A stretch of 63,063 nt of DNA, filler included, from Methanobacteriota archaeon (GCA_024860865.1; 11 parts of 11 records of this genome joined end to end with filler, not necessarily neighbours in it), one strand, 5' to 3'. Positions 30,190 to 41,213 are shown, counted from the first letter of the whole stretch. The notes: generated by a model from the letters alone, not told the origin. Numbers and translations are program-made.

Positions 30190-30870
30190 TTAATCAATTT
30201 TTTTGCTTATATCAACCAATTTGCTGATAACTTCATAAGCTTCAATTGCTTTTTTGCCCTCAACAATAAATGTAGTGTGAGTAAAACTTGACACCAACTC
30301 AACCACACTTATATTATATCTCGCTAAGACAATAGCCATTTCAGATATAACACCGGGCGTCTCAGCAATTTCCTCTGGACTATCAATAAGAATTGCTGCG
30401 AGATTTTTTCTTAATTGAAGAATGCTTTCTTTTTTTAAAAACTTTAGAATTTCATTTAAATAGCGTTGATTAACTACTATTGTTACTGCACTAGGATTTT
30501 GAATTGTATAAAATAATTCGCCACCACGCTTTGAAACAGCTTCTCTTAGCTTTTCTAGTTGTTTAGGTAGCTCCCAACTCATTTTTATAGTTAAAACTGC
30601 AATATCCCGCTGTAAACCTACAGAACTTTTACTAAGTACTTTAAATCTAGGTGCAACTTTGGTTTCTTTTCCTTTAAACGAATTGGCATATCTCCGAACA
30701 ACAGTAGAAATTGTTTCTAAATTGACCTTTTTCGTACAAAGCTCTCTTGCAACATCCTCTTCGATAGCTCTGGCTAGACCTCGGTAATTAATAGCTCCTG
30801 ATTTTAAGTAATCTTCAATAAATGGAAATTTGATCAAAGCTTTTCTAGTGGCTTCTGCCAGTGAAACCAA
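30190..30870 (-). CDS. ACT-domain protein, putative amino-acid-sensing regulator
   Basis: N-terminal helical domain (GAINYRGLAR...VRRY) and a C-terminal ACT domain (ETPGVI...NISVVELVSSFT). Confidence 0.75.
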   Translation of the reverse strand: MVSLAEATRKALIKFPFIEDYLKSGAINYRGLARAIEEDVARELCTKKVNLETISTVVRRYANSFKGKETKVAPRFKVLSKSSVGLQRDIAVLTIKMSWELPKQLEKLREAVSKRGGELFYTIQNPSAVTIVVNQRYLNEILKFLKKESILQLRKNLAAILIDSPEEIAETPGVISEMAIVLARYNISVVELVSSFTHTTFIVEGKKAIEAYEVISKLVDISKKID

Positions 30871-30992
30871 GGTAACACCTGGGTCTTTTTTTGTTTTATT
30901 TTAGACTTTTTATGTCTTAAATGTCTTCTATATGACGCAAATTATATAAGATAAGTTCTTATTCAATGATTTTTTTAGGGTAACAAAAAACA

Positions 30993-32081
30993 ATGAAAGC
31001 AACACTCGCCTTAGAAGATGGAACCATAGTAAAAGGAACCGGTTTTGGCGCTGAAAAAGAATCCTTAGGCGAGGTTGTTTTTAATACATCTATGTGCGGC
31101 TATGTTGAATCATTGACTGACCCCTCTTATAACGGCCAAATTTTAATGTCAACTTATCCTTTAATTGGAAATTATAAGGTTGATGAAGATTGGTTTGAGT
31201 CGCATCGAATTTGGGTCGAGGGTTTCATAGTAAGAGAAGTTTGCGAAAAGCCATCTCATTGGAAAGCAGTTAAAATTCTCGATGAATTTTTAAGAGAATA
31301 CGGCATCCCTGGGATGCAGGGCGTTGATACGAGAGCACTAACGATTAAAATCCGAAAGTATGGAGTAATGAAAGGAGCCCTGTTAACTTACACAGGTGCT
31401 GATCCAGATTTTAATGAATTACTCGAAAAAGCTAGAAGACAACCTTCTACTTCTGAAATAGATCTCGTGGCTGAAGCTACGCGCGATAAGATTACTCGTT
31501 TTGATGCTAAAGGTGAGTTTGAAGTAGTTTTAATTGATTGTGGTGTAAAACTTAACATCGTTCGAAGTTTATTGAAACGAGGAATCTCAGTTATTGCGGT
31601 ACCAGCGAAAACTCCTGCAAGTGAAATTAAAGCTTTTAATCCAGATGGTATCGTAATTTCAAATGGTCCGGGCGACCCAGCTGTTATAACTTATGTTCAT
31701 GAAACAGTCAAGAAACTGCTTCCTAATTATCCTATTATAGGAATTTGTCTTGGACACCAAATTCTTGCGCTAGCTTCTGGAGCTAAAACATACAAATTAA
31801 AGTTTGGACATCGAGGTGTAAATGTTCCAGTTGGTGATATAGTCACTGAAAAAGTCTATATCACTACACAAAACCATGGCTTTGCGGTAAATGCAAGCTC
31901 ATTAGATAGAACTGACTTCAAAATCAAATACAAAAATCTTAATGACAATAGCGTAGAAGGAATGACGCATAAGGAATTACCCATAATAAGTGTCCAATGG
32001 CATCCAGAACATTCGCCCGGTCCTCAAGATACAAACTTTCTTTTTGATGATTTTTTAGAAGTGGTTAAGGAGTATCAATAA
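30993..32081 (+). CDS. carA: Carbamoyl-phosphate synthase small subunit
   Basis: GEVVFNT, LTDPSY, SNGPGDP, GICLGHQ and QWHPE motifs. Confidence 0.97.
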   Translation: MKATLALEDGTIVKGTGFGAEKESLGEVVFNTSMCGYVESLTDPSYNGQILMSTYPLIGNYKVDEDWFESHRIWVEGFIVREVCEKPSHWKAVKILDEFLREYGIPGMQGVDTRALTIKIRKYGVMKGALLTYTGADPDFNELLEKARRQPSTSEIDLVAEATRDKITRFDAKGEFEVVLIDCGVKLNIVRSLLKRGISVIAVPAKTPASEIKAFNPDGIVISNGPGDPAVITYVHETVKKLLPNYPIIGICLGHQILALASGAKTYKLKFGHRGVNVPVGDIVTEKVYITTQNHGFAVNASSLDRTDFKIKYKNLNDNSVEGMTHKELPIISVQWHPEHSPGPQDTNFLFDDFLEVVKEYQ

Positions 32082-32153
32082 TGTCACGAGAAAAAGGAAT
32101 GGTTGAGAGAAGACTGCAGAAAAATCGTACTATCTATATGGGATTAGGACTTT

Positions 32154-35100
32154 ATGCCTAAACGAAAAGATCTTAAGAAAATCATGGTAATTGGGTCTGG
32201 ACCGATCCAGATTGGTCAGGCGGCAGAATTCGACTACTCTGGATCCCAAGCCTGTAAAGCGTTGCGTGAAGAAGGAGTGACTACTGTTCTAGTTAATTCA
32301 AATCCTGCTACTATCCAAACAGATACCGATATTGCTGATATCGTTTACATTGAGCCCTTAGTGCCTGAAACAGTAGCAGAGATAATTAGAAAAGAAAAGC
32401 CGGATGCATTGCTCCCAACTATGGGTGGGCAAACTGGACTAAACTTGGCTGTCCAACTCAAAGAGATCGGTGTCTTAGATGAAGTTGGAGTTGAAGTAAT
32501 TGGTAGTTCAATTGAATCAATTGTAGCTGCTGAAGATAGAAAACAGTTCAATGATCTGATGATAAGGATTGGCGAACCAGTACCAAAGTCAGTTGAAATT
32601 CATTCTCTTGAAGAAGCACTATCTGTTGTTGATGAATTAGGCGGTTATCCGCTCCTTTGTAGACCAAGCTTTTGTTTAGGTGGAACCGGATCTGGAGTTG
32701 CTCATAATGAAGAAGAATTGAAAAGAATAGTCAGATATGGTTTAGACGTCAGTTTGAACAAAACAGTAGCTATGGACCAATGCGTGCTGGGTTGGAAAGA
32801 ATTTGAATATGAAGTGATGAGAGATTCTGCTGATAATTGTATCACAGTTTGTAATATGGAAAATATTGATCCAATGGGAATTCATACTGGAGAGAGCATT
32901 GTAGTTGCTCCAGCTCAAACCCTTGCTGATAATGAACATCAAATATTGCGGTCAGTTGCATTAAAAGTTATTAGAACCTTAAAACTAAACGGCGGATGCA
33001 ATATTCAGTTTGCTGTTAATCCTGAAAAATTTGAATACTATGTTATTGAAGTTAATCCTAGGGTCAGCCGCTCTTCTGCTCTTGCTTCAAAAGCAACCGG
33101 TTATCCAATTGCTAGAATCGGAGCTAAATTAGCACTTGAGATGACTTTGGACAAAATTCCAAATGATGTTACAAAAGAAACACCAGCTTCATTTGAACCA
33201 ACGCTTGATTATGTTGTAGTAAAAATCCCTCGTTGGCCCTTTGACAAATTTAGGGAAGCTGATCAAACAATCGGAACTCAAATGAAATCGACTGGAGAAG
33301 TAATGGCTATTGGGAGAACTTTCGAAGAAGCACTCCAAAAAGCAATTAGATCCCTTGATATCGGAAGGTTTGGGCTCGGAGCAGACGGAAAAGATCAGCC
33401 TATTGCTGATATCAACCAACTTAAGAAATTGCTCGCTCACCCAACCGATAAAAGAATTTTCCATATAAGAGATGCTTTAAAACTTGGCTTGTCAGTTGAA
33501 GAAATTTATAAAATAACGAATATCGACCCTTGGTTTATTTGGAAGATTAAAAGCATACTTAATATAGAGGAAAACCTGCAAAGCAAAAGCATACATGACA
33601 AAGATATGCCAAAACTGCTGAAGCAAGCGAAGAGAATTGGATTTTCTGATAGACAGCTCGCATTTTTGTTAAAAACAAATGAAAAAACAATTCGAGAACT
33701 TAGAAAAAAGGATCAAATAACTACTTACAAAATGGTTGATACCTGCTCTGCTGAATTCGAAGCTAAAACACCATATTACTACTCAACATACGAGGAAGTA
33801 GATGAAGTTCCTATTTCAAAAAGAAAAAAGGTAATGATAATCGGCGGCGGGCCAATTAGGATTGGTCAAGGAATTGAGTTTGACTATTGCTGTGTGCACG
33901 CTGTTTTTGCGCTACGTGAGGAAGGGATTGAAGCAATCATAATTAACAACAATCCAGAAACTGTATCAACGGATTATGATACTTCAGACAAACTTTACTT
34001 TGAGCCTCTTATTTTTGAAGATGTAATGAATGTAATTGAAAAAGAAAAACCATATGGCGTAATTGTCCAATTTGGCGGCCAAACTCCCCTTAATTTAGCT
34101 GTTCCTCTTGCAAATGCTGAGGTAAATATTCTTGGGACTTCAGCTGAGAATATCGATATCGCAGAGGATAGAGAACGGTTTAATAAATTGCTTAGAAAGC
34201 TAAACATCCCCCAGCCAGAAGGTGGCACAGGTTTTTCACTTGAGGATTGTAAGAGCATTGCATCGAAGTTGGGTTATCCCGTATTGGTTAGGCCAAGCTA
34301 TGTACTTGGTGGACGCGCAATGGTTCGTGTGCATGACGAAACGGAGCTTGAACGTTACATAGAGGAAGCAGTGAGAGTTTCTGAAGAACATCCAATTTTA
34401 GTTGACAAGTTTATTTCACAAGCAATTGAAGTAGATGTTGACGCAGTTTCGGATGGAAAAAGGACATTCATCGGTGGAATATTAGAACATATTGAAGAAG
34501 CTGGAGTGCACTCTGGCGATGCTGCCATGGTTATGCCTCCTCAAACTCTAAGCGAAAAAGCAATTAAAACAATCAAGGACTATACGATTAGACTAGCTAA
34601 AGAGTTAAGTGTAATTGGATTAATGAACGTACAATATGCTGTTAAAAATGATTTTGTTTATGTACTTGAAGTCAATCCAAGAGCTAGCAGGACTGTTCCA
34701 TTTATAAGCAAAGCAATTGGAATTCCTCTCGCTAAAGTTGCAACAAAAGTTATGTTGGGTTACACGCTCGATGATCTCGGAATCCCAGAAGAAGTTAGCT
34801 ATCCCTATGTTTGTGTTAAGGAGTCAGTTTTTCCCTTTATTAAGCTGCCAGGAGTTGATCCCGTTCTCGGACCTGAAATGAAATCTACTGGAGAAGTAAT
34901 GGGAATTGATGAAGACTTTGGAAAAGCGTATTTTAAGGCACAGCTAGCTGCTGGAAACAAGATTCCAGTTAAAGGCAAGATTTTCATCAGCATCAGAAAA
35001 GAAGATCAACCAGAAATAATTCCGATTGCTAAGAAATTTATAGAATTTGGATTCGAAATACTCGCAACTGACGGCACTGCCGAAGCGCTTAAAAAAGCAG

Positions 35101-35417
35101 GTATAGACTCAAGGGTTGTGCTAAAAGTTTCACAAGGGCGGCCAAATATCGTCGATTATATTAGGGGCGATGGTCTCCATCTAATAATTAATACTCCAAC
35201 AGTTGGAAAAGATCCAGCAAGGGATGGTTATACAATTAGAAGAGCAGCTGTTGACTTTGGAATACCATATATAACAACAATTGCCAGCGCAGAAGCTGCA
35301 GTTCAAGCTTTAGAAAGCGTATTAAAAGGAAAAATCTCAATTGGATCAATTAATGAATATCATAAAGAGGTTACGAGAATATTCGTTGCTGAAAAAGCTA
35401 ATGCTGTTACTAGTTGA
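32154..35417 (+). CDS. carB: Carbamoyl-phosphate synthase large subunit
   Basis: GQAAEFDYSGSQA, duplicated ATP-grasp domains and an MGS domain; 1087 aa. Confidence 0.98.
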   Translation: MPKRKDLKKIMVIGSGPIQIGQAAEFDYSGSQACKALREEGVTTVLVNSNPATIQTDTDIADIVYIEPLVPETVAEIIRKEKPDALLPTMGGQTGLNLAVQLKEIGVLDEVGVEVIGSSIESIVAAEDRKQFNDLMIRIGEPVPKSVEIHSLEEALSVVDELGGYPLLCRPSFCLGGTGSGVAHNEEELKRIVRYGLDVSLNKTVAMDQCVLGWKEFEYEVMRDSADNCITVCNMENIDPMGIHTGESIVVAPAQTLADNEHQILRSVALKVIRTLKLNGGCNIQFAVNPEKFEYYVIEVNPRVSRSSALASKATGYPIARIGAKLALEMTLDKIPNDVTKETPASFEPTLDYVVVKIPRWPFDKFREADQTIGTQMKSTGEVMAIGRTFEEALQKAIRSLDIGRFGLGADGKDQPIADINQLKKLLAHPTDKRIFHIRDALKLGLSVEEIYKITNIDPWFIWKIKSILNIEENLQSKSIHDKDMPKLLKQAKRIGFSDRQLAFLLKTNEKTIRELRKKDQITTYKMVDTCSAEFEAKTPYYYSTYEEVDEVPISKRKKVMIIGGGPIRIGQGIEFDYCCVHAVFALREEGIEAIIINNNPETVSTDYDTSDKLYFEPLIFEDVMNVIEKEKPYGVIVQFGGQTPLNLAVPLANAEVNILGTSAENIDIAEDRERFNKLLRKLNIPQPEGGTGFSLEDCKSIASKLGYPVLVRPSYVLGGRAMVRVHDETELERYIEEAVRVSEEHPILVDKFISQAIEVDVDAVSDGKRTFIGGILEHIEEAGVHSGDAAMVMPPQTLSEKAIKTIKDYTIRLAKELSVIGLMNVQYAVKNDFVYVLEVNPRASRTVPFISKAIGIPLAKVATKVMLGYTLDDLGIPEEVSYPYVCVKESVFPFIKLPGVDPVLGPEMKSTGEVMGIDEDFGKAYFKAQLAAGNKIPVKGKIFISIRKEDQPEIIPIAKKFIEFGFEILATDGTAEALKKAGIDSRVVLKVSQGRPNIVDYIRGDGLHLIINTPTVGKDPARDGYTIRRAAVDFGIPYITTIASAEAAVQALESVLKGKISIGSINEYHKEVTRIFVAEKANAVTS

Positions 35418-35484
35418 TTAAGAATTTAAATATATTTTAAGTTACAATTACATTGAACACTTTCGTTTTAAAGGAGGCTAACAC

Positions 35485-36684
35485 TTGAAAGCTGTTCTCG
35501 CTTTTTCAGGCGGACTTGATACAAGCGTCGCAATTAGGATACTTCAAGAAAAATATGATTGTGATGTTATTACAGTAACGGTTGATGTGGGACAACCTAA
35601 AGCAAGTATTAAAGAAGCTGAAATTAAAGCAAAAAAACTTGGTGTTATAAAACACTACACAATTGATGCGAAAGCGGAATTTACAAGAGAATTTTTGTTC
35701 CCAGCAATAAAGGCCAATGCAACTTACGAAGGGTATCCTCTGGGAACGGCACTCGCAAGACCTTTGATTGCAGTGAAAACGATTGAAGTTGCTGGCAAAG
35801 AAAATGCTGAGGCCATTGCCCACGGTTGCACAGGCAAAGGAAATGATCAGTTTAGATTTGAGTTTACTATTAGAACAAAAGCTCCTGGGCTAAAAATAAT
35901 TGCACCAATCAGAGACCTTAACCTAACACGCAAAGAGGAAATCGAGTATGCAAAAGAAAAAGGAATTCCAATCCAAGTTGATCTTAATAAACCATTTTCA
36001 GTAGATGAAAATCTCTGGAGCCGCTCAATTGAAGGTGGAATTCTAGAGGATCCGGCAATTAGACCTAAAGAAACCATTTACGAATGGACCATTTCTGCAG
36101 AAAAGGCCCCAGATAAACCCAAAATAATCGAAATAAAATTTGAAAGGGGAGTACCGGTCTCTCTCGATGGTAAAAAAATGGCTCCTGTAGAATTAATTCA
36201 GGTTCTTAGAGCATTGGCAGGTAAGCATGGTATCGGCAGAATCGACATTATAGAAAATAGAATTATTGGACTAAAGGCAAGAGAAGTTTATGAAGCTCCA
36301 GCTGCTTTGACATTAATTACTGCTCATAAGCAACTTGAAAGTTTAGTCTTAACTAAGGATGAACTTAAATTTAAAGAAGTGGTCGACTCAACTTGGTCTG
36401 AGCTTACATATAAAGGGCTCTGGTTTGATCCATTTAAAGAAGATCTAGATGCATATATTAATAAAACCCAAGAAAGGGTGACTGGTGAGACTACAATCAA
36501 GCTTTTTAAGGGCGCTCTTCTGTCTCTTGCTCGCAGTTCACCTTTTGCACTGTATGCGCCTGAGGTTGTAAGTTTTGATGTTAAAAGTTTTGATCAACGT
36601 GAAGTAGCTGGCATGTTAAAGTTCCATGGATTTCAAGCTCAGCTATTCGAGTCTAAAAGAAAGAAGCTAAAAAGTAAACCTTAA
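35485..36684 (+). CDS. argG: Argininosuccinate synthase
   Basis: [26 protein letters not shown] and REVYEAP motifs. Confidence 0.97.
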   Translation: MKAVLAFSGGLDTSVAIRILQEKYDCDVITVTVDVGQPKASIKEAEIKAKKLGVIKHYTIDAKAEFTREFLFPAIKANATYEGYPLGTALARPLIAVKTIEVAGKENAEAIAHGCTGKGNDQFRFEFTIRTKAPGLKIIAPIRDLNLTRKEEIEYAKEKGIPIQVDLNKPFSVDENLWSRSIEGGILEDPAIRPKETIYEWTISAEKAPDKPKIIEIKFERGVPVSLDGKKMAPVELIQVLRALAGKHGIGRIDIIENRIIGLKAREVYEAPAALTLITAHKQLESLVLTKDELKFKEVVDSTWSELTYKGLWFDPFKEDLDAYINKTQERVTGETTIKLFKGALLSLARSSPFALYAPEVVSFDVKSFDQREVAGMLKFHGFQAQLFESKRKKLKSKP

Positions 36685-36711
36685 CTCCACCAAATTAAAA
36701 TTGCCGGAGAA

Positions 36712-36811
36712 NNNNNNNNNNNNNNNNNNNNNNNNNNNNNNNNNNNNNNNNNNNNTTAATTAATTAANNNNNNNNNNNNNNNNNNNNNNNNNNNNNNNNN
36801 NNNNNNNNNNN
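36712..36811. other. Artificial contig linker
   Basis: N run with TTAATTAATTAA. Confidence 0.99.
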
Positions 36812-37308
36812 AAGTACAAATTTGATCAACTTTTCCAGTATTTCGAAGGTGCAAATGAAAAACTAGCATCGATATAAATGAGAGATTTACTTCCTGCAAA
36901 ATCCAAGAGAAACTTAGGCATCTCCTACCTTGGATACTTTTTTCTGTAATAATAGTTAAAAGCTCAGGATCTAGGGTTGCAAAGGTTACTTCATCTTCAT
37001 CAGCTGGGCCTAAAATACCCGCTGTTTCTTTTACTTTCATTTCTTTAACAGGCTTCATTAGCCCTAACACCTTATCATAGATAATTTCTAACTCATCGTT
37101 TTCCTTATTTTTTTGGCGGTAAAACTTTTTCAGCATATGTGTTTCTTTCAATTTTTCTCAAATCTTAACAATTTTTTCTTTATTCTCTATTTAATAGAAG
37201 GTTCCTATGAAAAATATTTGCGAAATCTTATGGTTCGCACCCACTTTTTCATTTAGTTTTAAATGAACTCGCTCAATGTATGGTTGCTTTATTTCGCGAT
37301 AATTTTTA

Positions 37309-39033
37309 CTACATTTCAGTGGGAGCAGCAATTCCCAGTAAATCTAAAGAATTAGCTAACACTTGCCGTACACAATTAACTAAAGCCAATCTTGCGGAGA
37401 ATAATTCTGGTGTTTCAGCCTTAAGCACAGGCACAAATCGATAAAATTTATTAAACTCATCAGCAAGAGCTTGGGCATATATCGCTACCAAGTAAGGCTT
37501 CCTTGTTTGAGCTGCCTCTTCAACTACACTTGGATATTTTGCTAAAAGTTTAACTAACCTTTTTTCATAAGAAGATAGAAGCAACTGATAATTGGTTTCC
37601 TTTGGTAGCTTAGCTTTCTCAAGAATTCTGCAAGCTCGAGCATGTGCATACTGAATAAAAGGCGCTCCAATTCGTTCAAAGTCTAAAGCTTCTTCCCATT
37701 TGAAAACCATTGGCTTCTCCGGCGCAACCTTGACTATATTGTATTTTATTGCTCCAATTCCAACCATTTCCGCTGTTTTTGCCTTGAAAATTTCTAAGGC
37801 TTCTGTTCGCCTTTTTTCAACTTCTTTTTTGGCTCGATCAATTGCTTCATCTACTAACTCATCAACCGAAATGAATCTACCGGCTCTTGTAGACATTTTT
37901 CCAAATGGCAGGCTAACAAACTCAAAGATTATTACTTCCGGCATTTGTTGCTGGCCAAGAATTTGCAACGCAAGCTTTAGTTGTTGCATTGGAAGTTTAT
38001 GATCTGCTCCAACTATATCGACTACCTGGTTGGCCTGACTAAACTTCCAAAAGTGATAGGCAATATCCCTAGTTGTATAGAGAGTTGTTCCATCGCCTCT
38101 AGTTAGAACCAATGCTTTTTCGACACCAAACTTGGCTAAATCGAGGATTAATGCCCCAGCCTCTTCTTTTGCATGTGCTGTTTTTCCTAATTGCTCTAGA
38201 ATTTTTTGAACTGAACCATTTCTGACAAAAGTGCTTTCCCAGATAAACTTATCGTGTCTAACTCCTAATCTTGTCAGTGTTTGGACAATTCCTTTTATAC
38301 AAAAATTAACAGCAAACTTAAATTGCTCTACTACCTTAGGATCATTTGCTTCATATTTGCGAAGTAATTCATTCACTTGATTCTCAATCGTTGGATCTTG
38401 CCCTAATCGTTTATTTGCTTCAATATAAACATCAACGATTTTATGGTCTGGCTTTTTATCTTCAGTCAGCTGAGCTTTTAGATTTAAAATTCCCCAAACA
38501 ACCAGAGCAATTTGTCTTCCCATATCGTTAATGTAATATTGAACTTCAACTTGATAGCCAGCTGCTCTTAAAATCCGAGCCAGAGAATCTCCGATGACTA
38601 AATTTCTTAAATGGCCAACGTGTAATGGCCCGTCTGGGTTGGCACTTGTGTGCTCTAGTAACAAAATTACTTCTTTCCCAACATCAGACGAGCCATATTT
38701 TGAGCCTAGTTCATGAATTGACTCCAGTGTTATTTGAGCTAGTTTGGGATAATTAACAAAGAAATTAATATAACCAGGGTCAGCTGCATTAACTCTTTCA
38801 ATTAAACTATCTGGTTGAATTTCAATTTGTTCAACTAGTTCATCAGCAAAAACCGTCGGAGCCTTTCCTAATTTTTTTGCTAGCTCAAGGCAAATTGGAG
38901 TCGCTAACTCACCAAATGATTCTTCAGTTGGCTCCTCGAATTTAATTTCAGCTGGTTTTAGACCTAATTTATCAAACGCTCCAAATAAAATCTGCTTAGC
39001 TTGAGCTTGAATGGTAGAGTAAGGATTGCTCAT
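37309..39033 (-). CDS. argS: Arginine-tRNA ligase
   Basis: EHTSANPDGPLHVGHLRN (HIGH), DMGRQ, KMSTR and QYAHAR motifs. Confidence 0.97.
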   Translation of the reverse strand: MSNPYSTIQAQAKQILFGAFDKLGLKPAEIKFEEPTEESFGELATPICLELAKKLGKAPTVFADELVEQIEIQPDSLIERVNAADPGYINFFVNYPKLAQITLESIHELGSKYGSSDVGKEVILLLEHTSANPDGPLHVGHLRNLVIGDSLARILRAAGYQVEVQYYINDMGRQIALVVWGILNLKAQLTEDKKPDHKIVDVYIEANKRLGQDPTIENQVNELLRKYEANDPKVVEQFKFAVNFCIKGIVQTLTRLGVRHDKFIWESTFVRNGSVQKILEQLGKTAHAKEEAGALILDLAKFGVEKALVLTRGDGTTLYTTRDIAYHFWKFSQANQVVDIVGADHKLPMQQLKLALQILGQQQMPEVIIFEFVSLPFGKMSTRAGRFISVDELVDEAIDRAKKEVEKRRTEALEIFKAKTAEMVGIGAIKYNIVKVAPEKPMVFKWEEALDFERIGAPFIQYAHARACRILEKAKLPKETNYQLLLSSYEKRLVKLLAKYPSVVEEAAQTRKPYLVAIYAQALADEFNKFYRFVPVLKAETPELFSARLALVNCVRQVLANSLDLLGIAAPTEM

Positions 39034-39078
39034 AAATACTATGTGGAGTTCTTCAATTAAATTAATTTAGGTGATAAA

Positions 39079-39249
39079 ATGAAAAACCCAAATTATGTTG
39101 GATTGGATGTACATAAAAGCTTTACTCATGTTACAGCATTAAATGGTGGAGAAGTAGCTAAGCTTAAAAATTTCAGCAAGGAATTCTATAACTTCTTTGA
39201 GAGCTTATCAAAAAGAGCTAGGGTTGAAGTAGCCATAGAATCTACAGAT
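39079..39249 (+). mobile_element. IS110-family transposase 5' remnant
   Basis: YVGLDVHK...EVAIEST matches the N-terminal DEDD/RuvC-like part; similarity stops at about 39249. Confidence 0.75.
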
Positions 39250-39590
39250 GTTCTCATGCGTTCGGTTGCTATGAAAAAGATTAATTGCTTGATTTGCCTT
39301 TTTTAGCTCAATTTGCTTTAAATTGCCGATTTAGCCTTCAATTTTTTTCATTTGTTCTTCTAATGGCGCAGCCAATGTCTTGTTGGTGTACTTTTTGGTG
39401 TACTTTTTATGATTTGCTCTAAAAACAAAAATTTTCTCATTTTCCCGCGAGTTTTTTCCCTTCAGTTTGAATCTTGAGCCACTTTTTCTTTAACTGAGAG
39501 AACTTTTCAAAAATTTTTTTAAAAAATTGCTTTGCTACGGCATAGAAGCTAGCTAAAATTTCTAACCACCCACCGAAGACGCATGAGAAC
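39250..39590. mobile_element. Putative MITE-like element with imperfect terminal inverted repeats
   Basis: Left end GTTCTCATGCGT--TCGGT (39250-39266) versus the reverse complement of the right end, GTTCTCATGCGTCTTCGGT (39572-39590); non-coding interior. Confidence 0.55.
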
Positions 39591-39728
39591 CTTAAAAGGA
39601 GCTTTTTCTAATCACCAACCGGGGATGCATAAGAATGTACGTACAATCAGACTAATATAGGATTGAAATTAAGTAATTTATTTGAGAAAAGTTGAAGTTG
39701 AGCAAATAATGGAAGGTAGGGAAGCTAA

Positions 39729-40160
39729 TTATGGATCTATTTTATTCTTCTTACAAAATTCTAACAAACTTTTCAAAGTTCTCTCTAAAGTATCAATGAA
39801 CTCATTCAAATTTTCATGAATTATTTCAGCTTTTACATCCGCGTACATGTGAACTATTATATTCCTTATGCCTATAAGATCTTCTATACTCTTGCCTAAT
39901 TTATTTTCTAAGATCTTATTCTCCCTCAAGATCCTCACAGTATCTTTGTAGGCAGAAGGAACTTTCAAAGCCATTTTTGATATTATGACATTTGACAAAT
40001 CTATTATAGCTTCTGTACAAACTTGCAGATTCCTTTCAGCTATTGACTGAAGTTTTAAACTTTTTGAATAATCATCGAAGCTTACTTTAGTAATTTCCCT
40101 GAGAAGTTTTACACCTTCTTCAAACCTTTCTATTCGTCTAAGAGTACTTTCACTTACCAT
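39729..40160 (-). CDS. hepT: HEPN (DUF86/HepT) ribonuclease toxin
   Basis: ERNLQ...EAIID and RNIIVHMY (Rx4H); coupled to the MNT gene. Confidence 0.9.
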   Translation of the reverse strand: MVSESTLRRIERFEEGVKLLREITKVSFDDYSKSLKLQSIAERNLQVCTEAIIDLSNVIISKMALKVPSAYKDTVRILRENKILENKLGKSIEDLIGIRNIIVHMYADVKAEIIHENLNEFIDTLERTLKSLLEFCKKNKIDP

Positions 40161-40575
40161 GTAATAACCTTTCAACTTTTTCTTCCCAATGTCTTTGAAT
40201 GTAGTACTTAAAATCAAGATACTTTTTTATTATGCCAGTTTTTTCTTCCACAAACTTTTCCTCATCCGAAGCAAAAATTTTTACACCTGTAGAGAAGATC
40301 TCATACAATAAGCCTTCATTAGCTTTATTTAAAATTACTATATCAACACTTCTTTTCAATTCATCTTCAAGTATTTCCTTTATTTTTATTATCTTATCTA
40401 ATAAAATTTTTGAACTGGTAGGAAGTTGTTTAAATTTTATTCCTATATCTACATCACTTTCTTGGTTTAGTTTTCCTCTAATAGCTGAGCCAAAAATGAT
40501 AGCATAATCTATTCCAAGATCGGCTCCAACTTTATTTAAAACTTTTTTGCTTTTTTCGACGAACTCCACTACCAT
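40150..40575 (-). CDS. mntA: Minimal nucleotidyltransferase antitoxin (MntA)
   Basis: IFGS...SDVDI...VDIV motifs. Confidence 0.9.
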   Translation of the reverse strand: MVVEFVEKSKKVLNKVGADLGIDYAIIFGSAIRGKLNQESDVDIGIKFKQLPTSSKILLDKIIKIKEILEDELKRSVDIVILNKANEGLLYEIFSTGVKIFASDEEKFVEEKTGIIKKYLDFKYYIQRHWEEKVERLLHGK

Positions 40576-40789
40576 CTTTAATTACTCTTTATTTTACTTT
40601 AAAAAACTTAATAGCTCAATATCCATCACTTTTTCCAACTCTATTTCATTGATACTTTCTACTTTATTCCAAATTACTTCTGAATTTTGTATTTCTCTCT
40701 CCTTTATCCACGTTTTAAAATCTTTTAATTCTTTGTAGAAATGTTCACATATTTTCCTTTAATCCTATCTGAAACAAAATCATAAGAAC

Positions 40790-40951
40790 AGTTAAATTCC
40801 AGCCGAAACTCCTTTACAGCTTTCATCTTACATCTTGGACAAACATGTCTTTGCTTTTCTATAGCCTCGATTTTAGCAATTTTTGCCCTTGCCTTTTTTC
40901 CATATCTCGAGCCAAACCTTCCAGCAGTTCCAACTTTTTTTTCTTACCCAT
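40790..40951 (-). pseudogene. rpl37ae: Decayed ribosomal protein L37Ae (eL43)
   Basis: [51 protein letters not shown]. There is a frameshift in an A8 run and a second lesion before the missing second CxxC. Confidence 0.82.
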
Positions 40952-40954
40952 ACA

Positions 40955-41213
40955 CTACCTAATTATTTTAAATTTTTTCCCAGAAGTTAATTGGCTTAAC
41001 ATTTCTCAGCTCTTCATCTGTAATTAATCGCTTAATTTGTCCAGCCTGATAGAGTTGAACCAAATAAAGTTCTATCTGGGTTGCTAACTCAGGTTTAACA
41101 ACCTTTACTCTCCCTAGCCTTTCTCTAGCTTCTTTTGTAACACTTTTCCCAATACCTCTTTCTTCAGAGCTTCTAGTTGAGCTAACTCATAAGGTGTAAA
41201 TTGAATCTTCCAT
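40955..41213 (-). pseudogene. Decayed PDCD5-like DNA-binding protein
   Basis: Read across frameshifts: QLEALKKEVLGKVL/TKEARERLGRVKVVKPELATQIELYLVQLYQAGQIKRLITDEELR/LSQLTSGKKFKIIR*. Confidence 0.8.

Noticed and set aside
36812-37151. Minus-strand ORF at a contig edge
   Set aside because: No recognisable motif; it may be a fragment and cannot be called.
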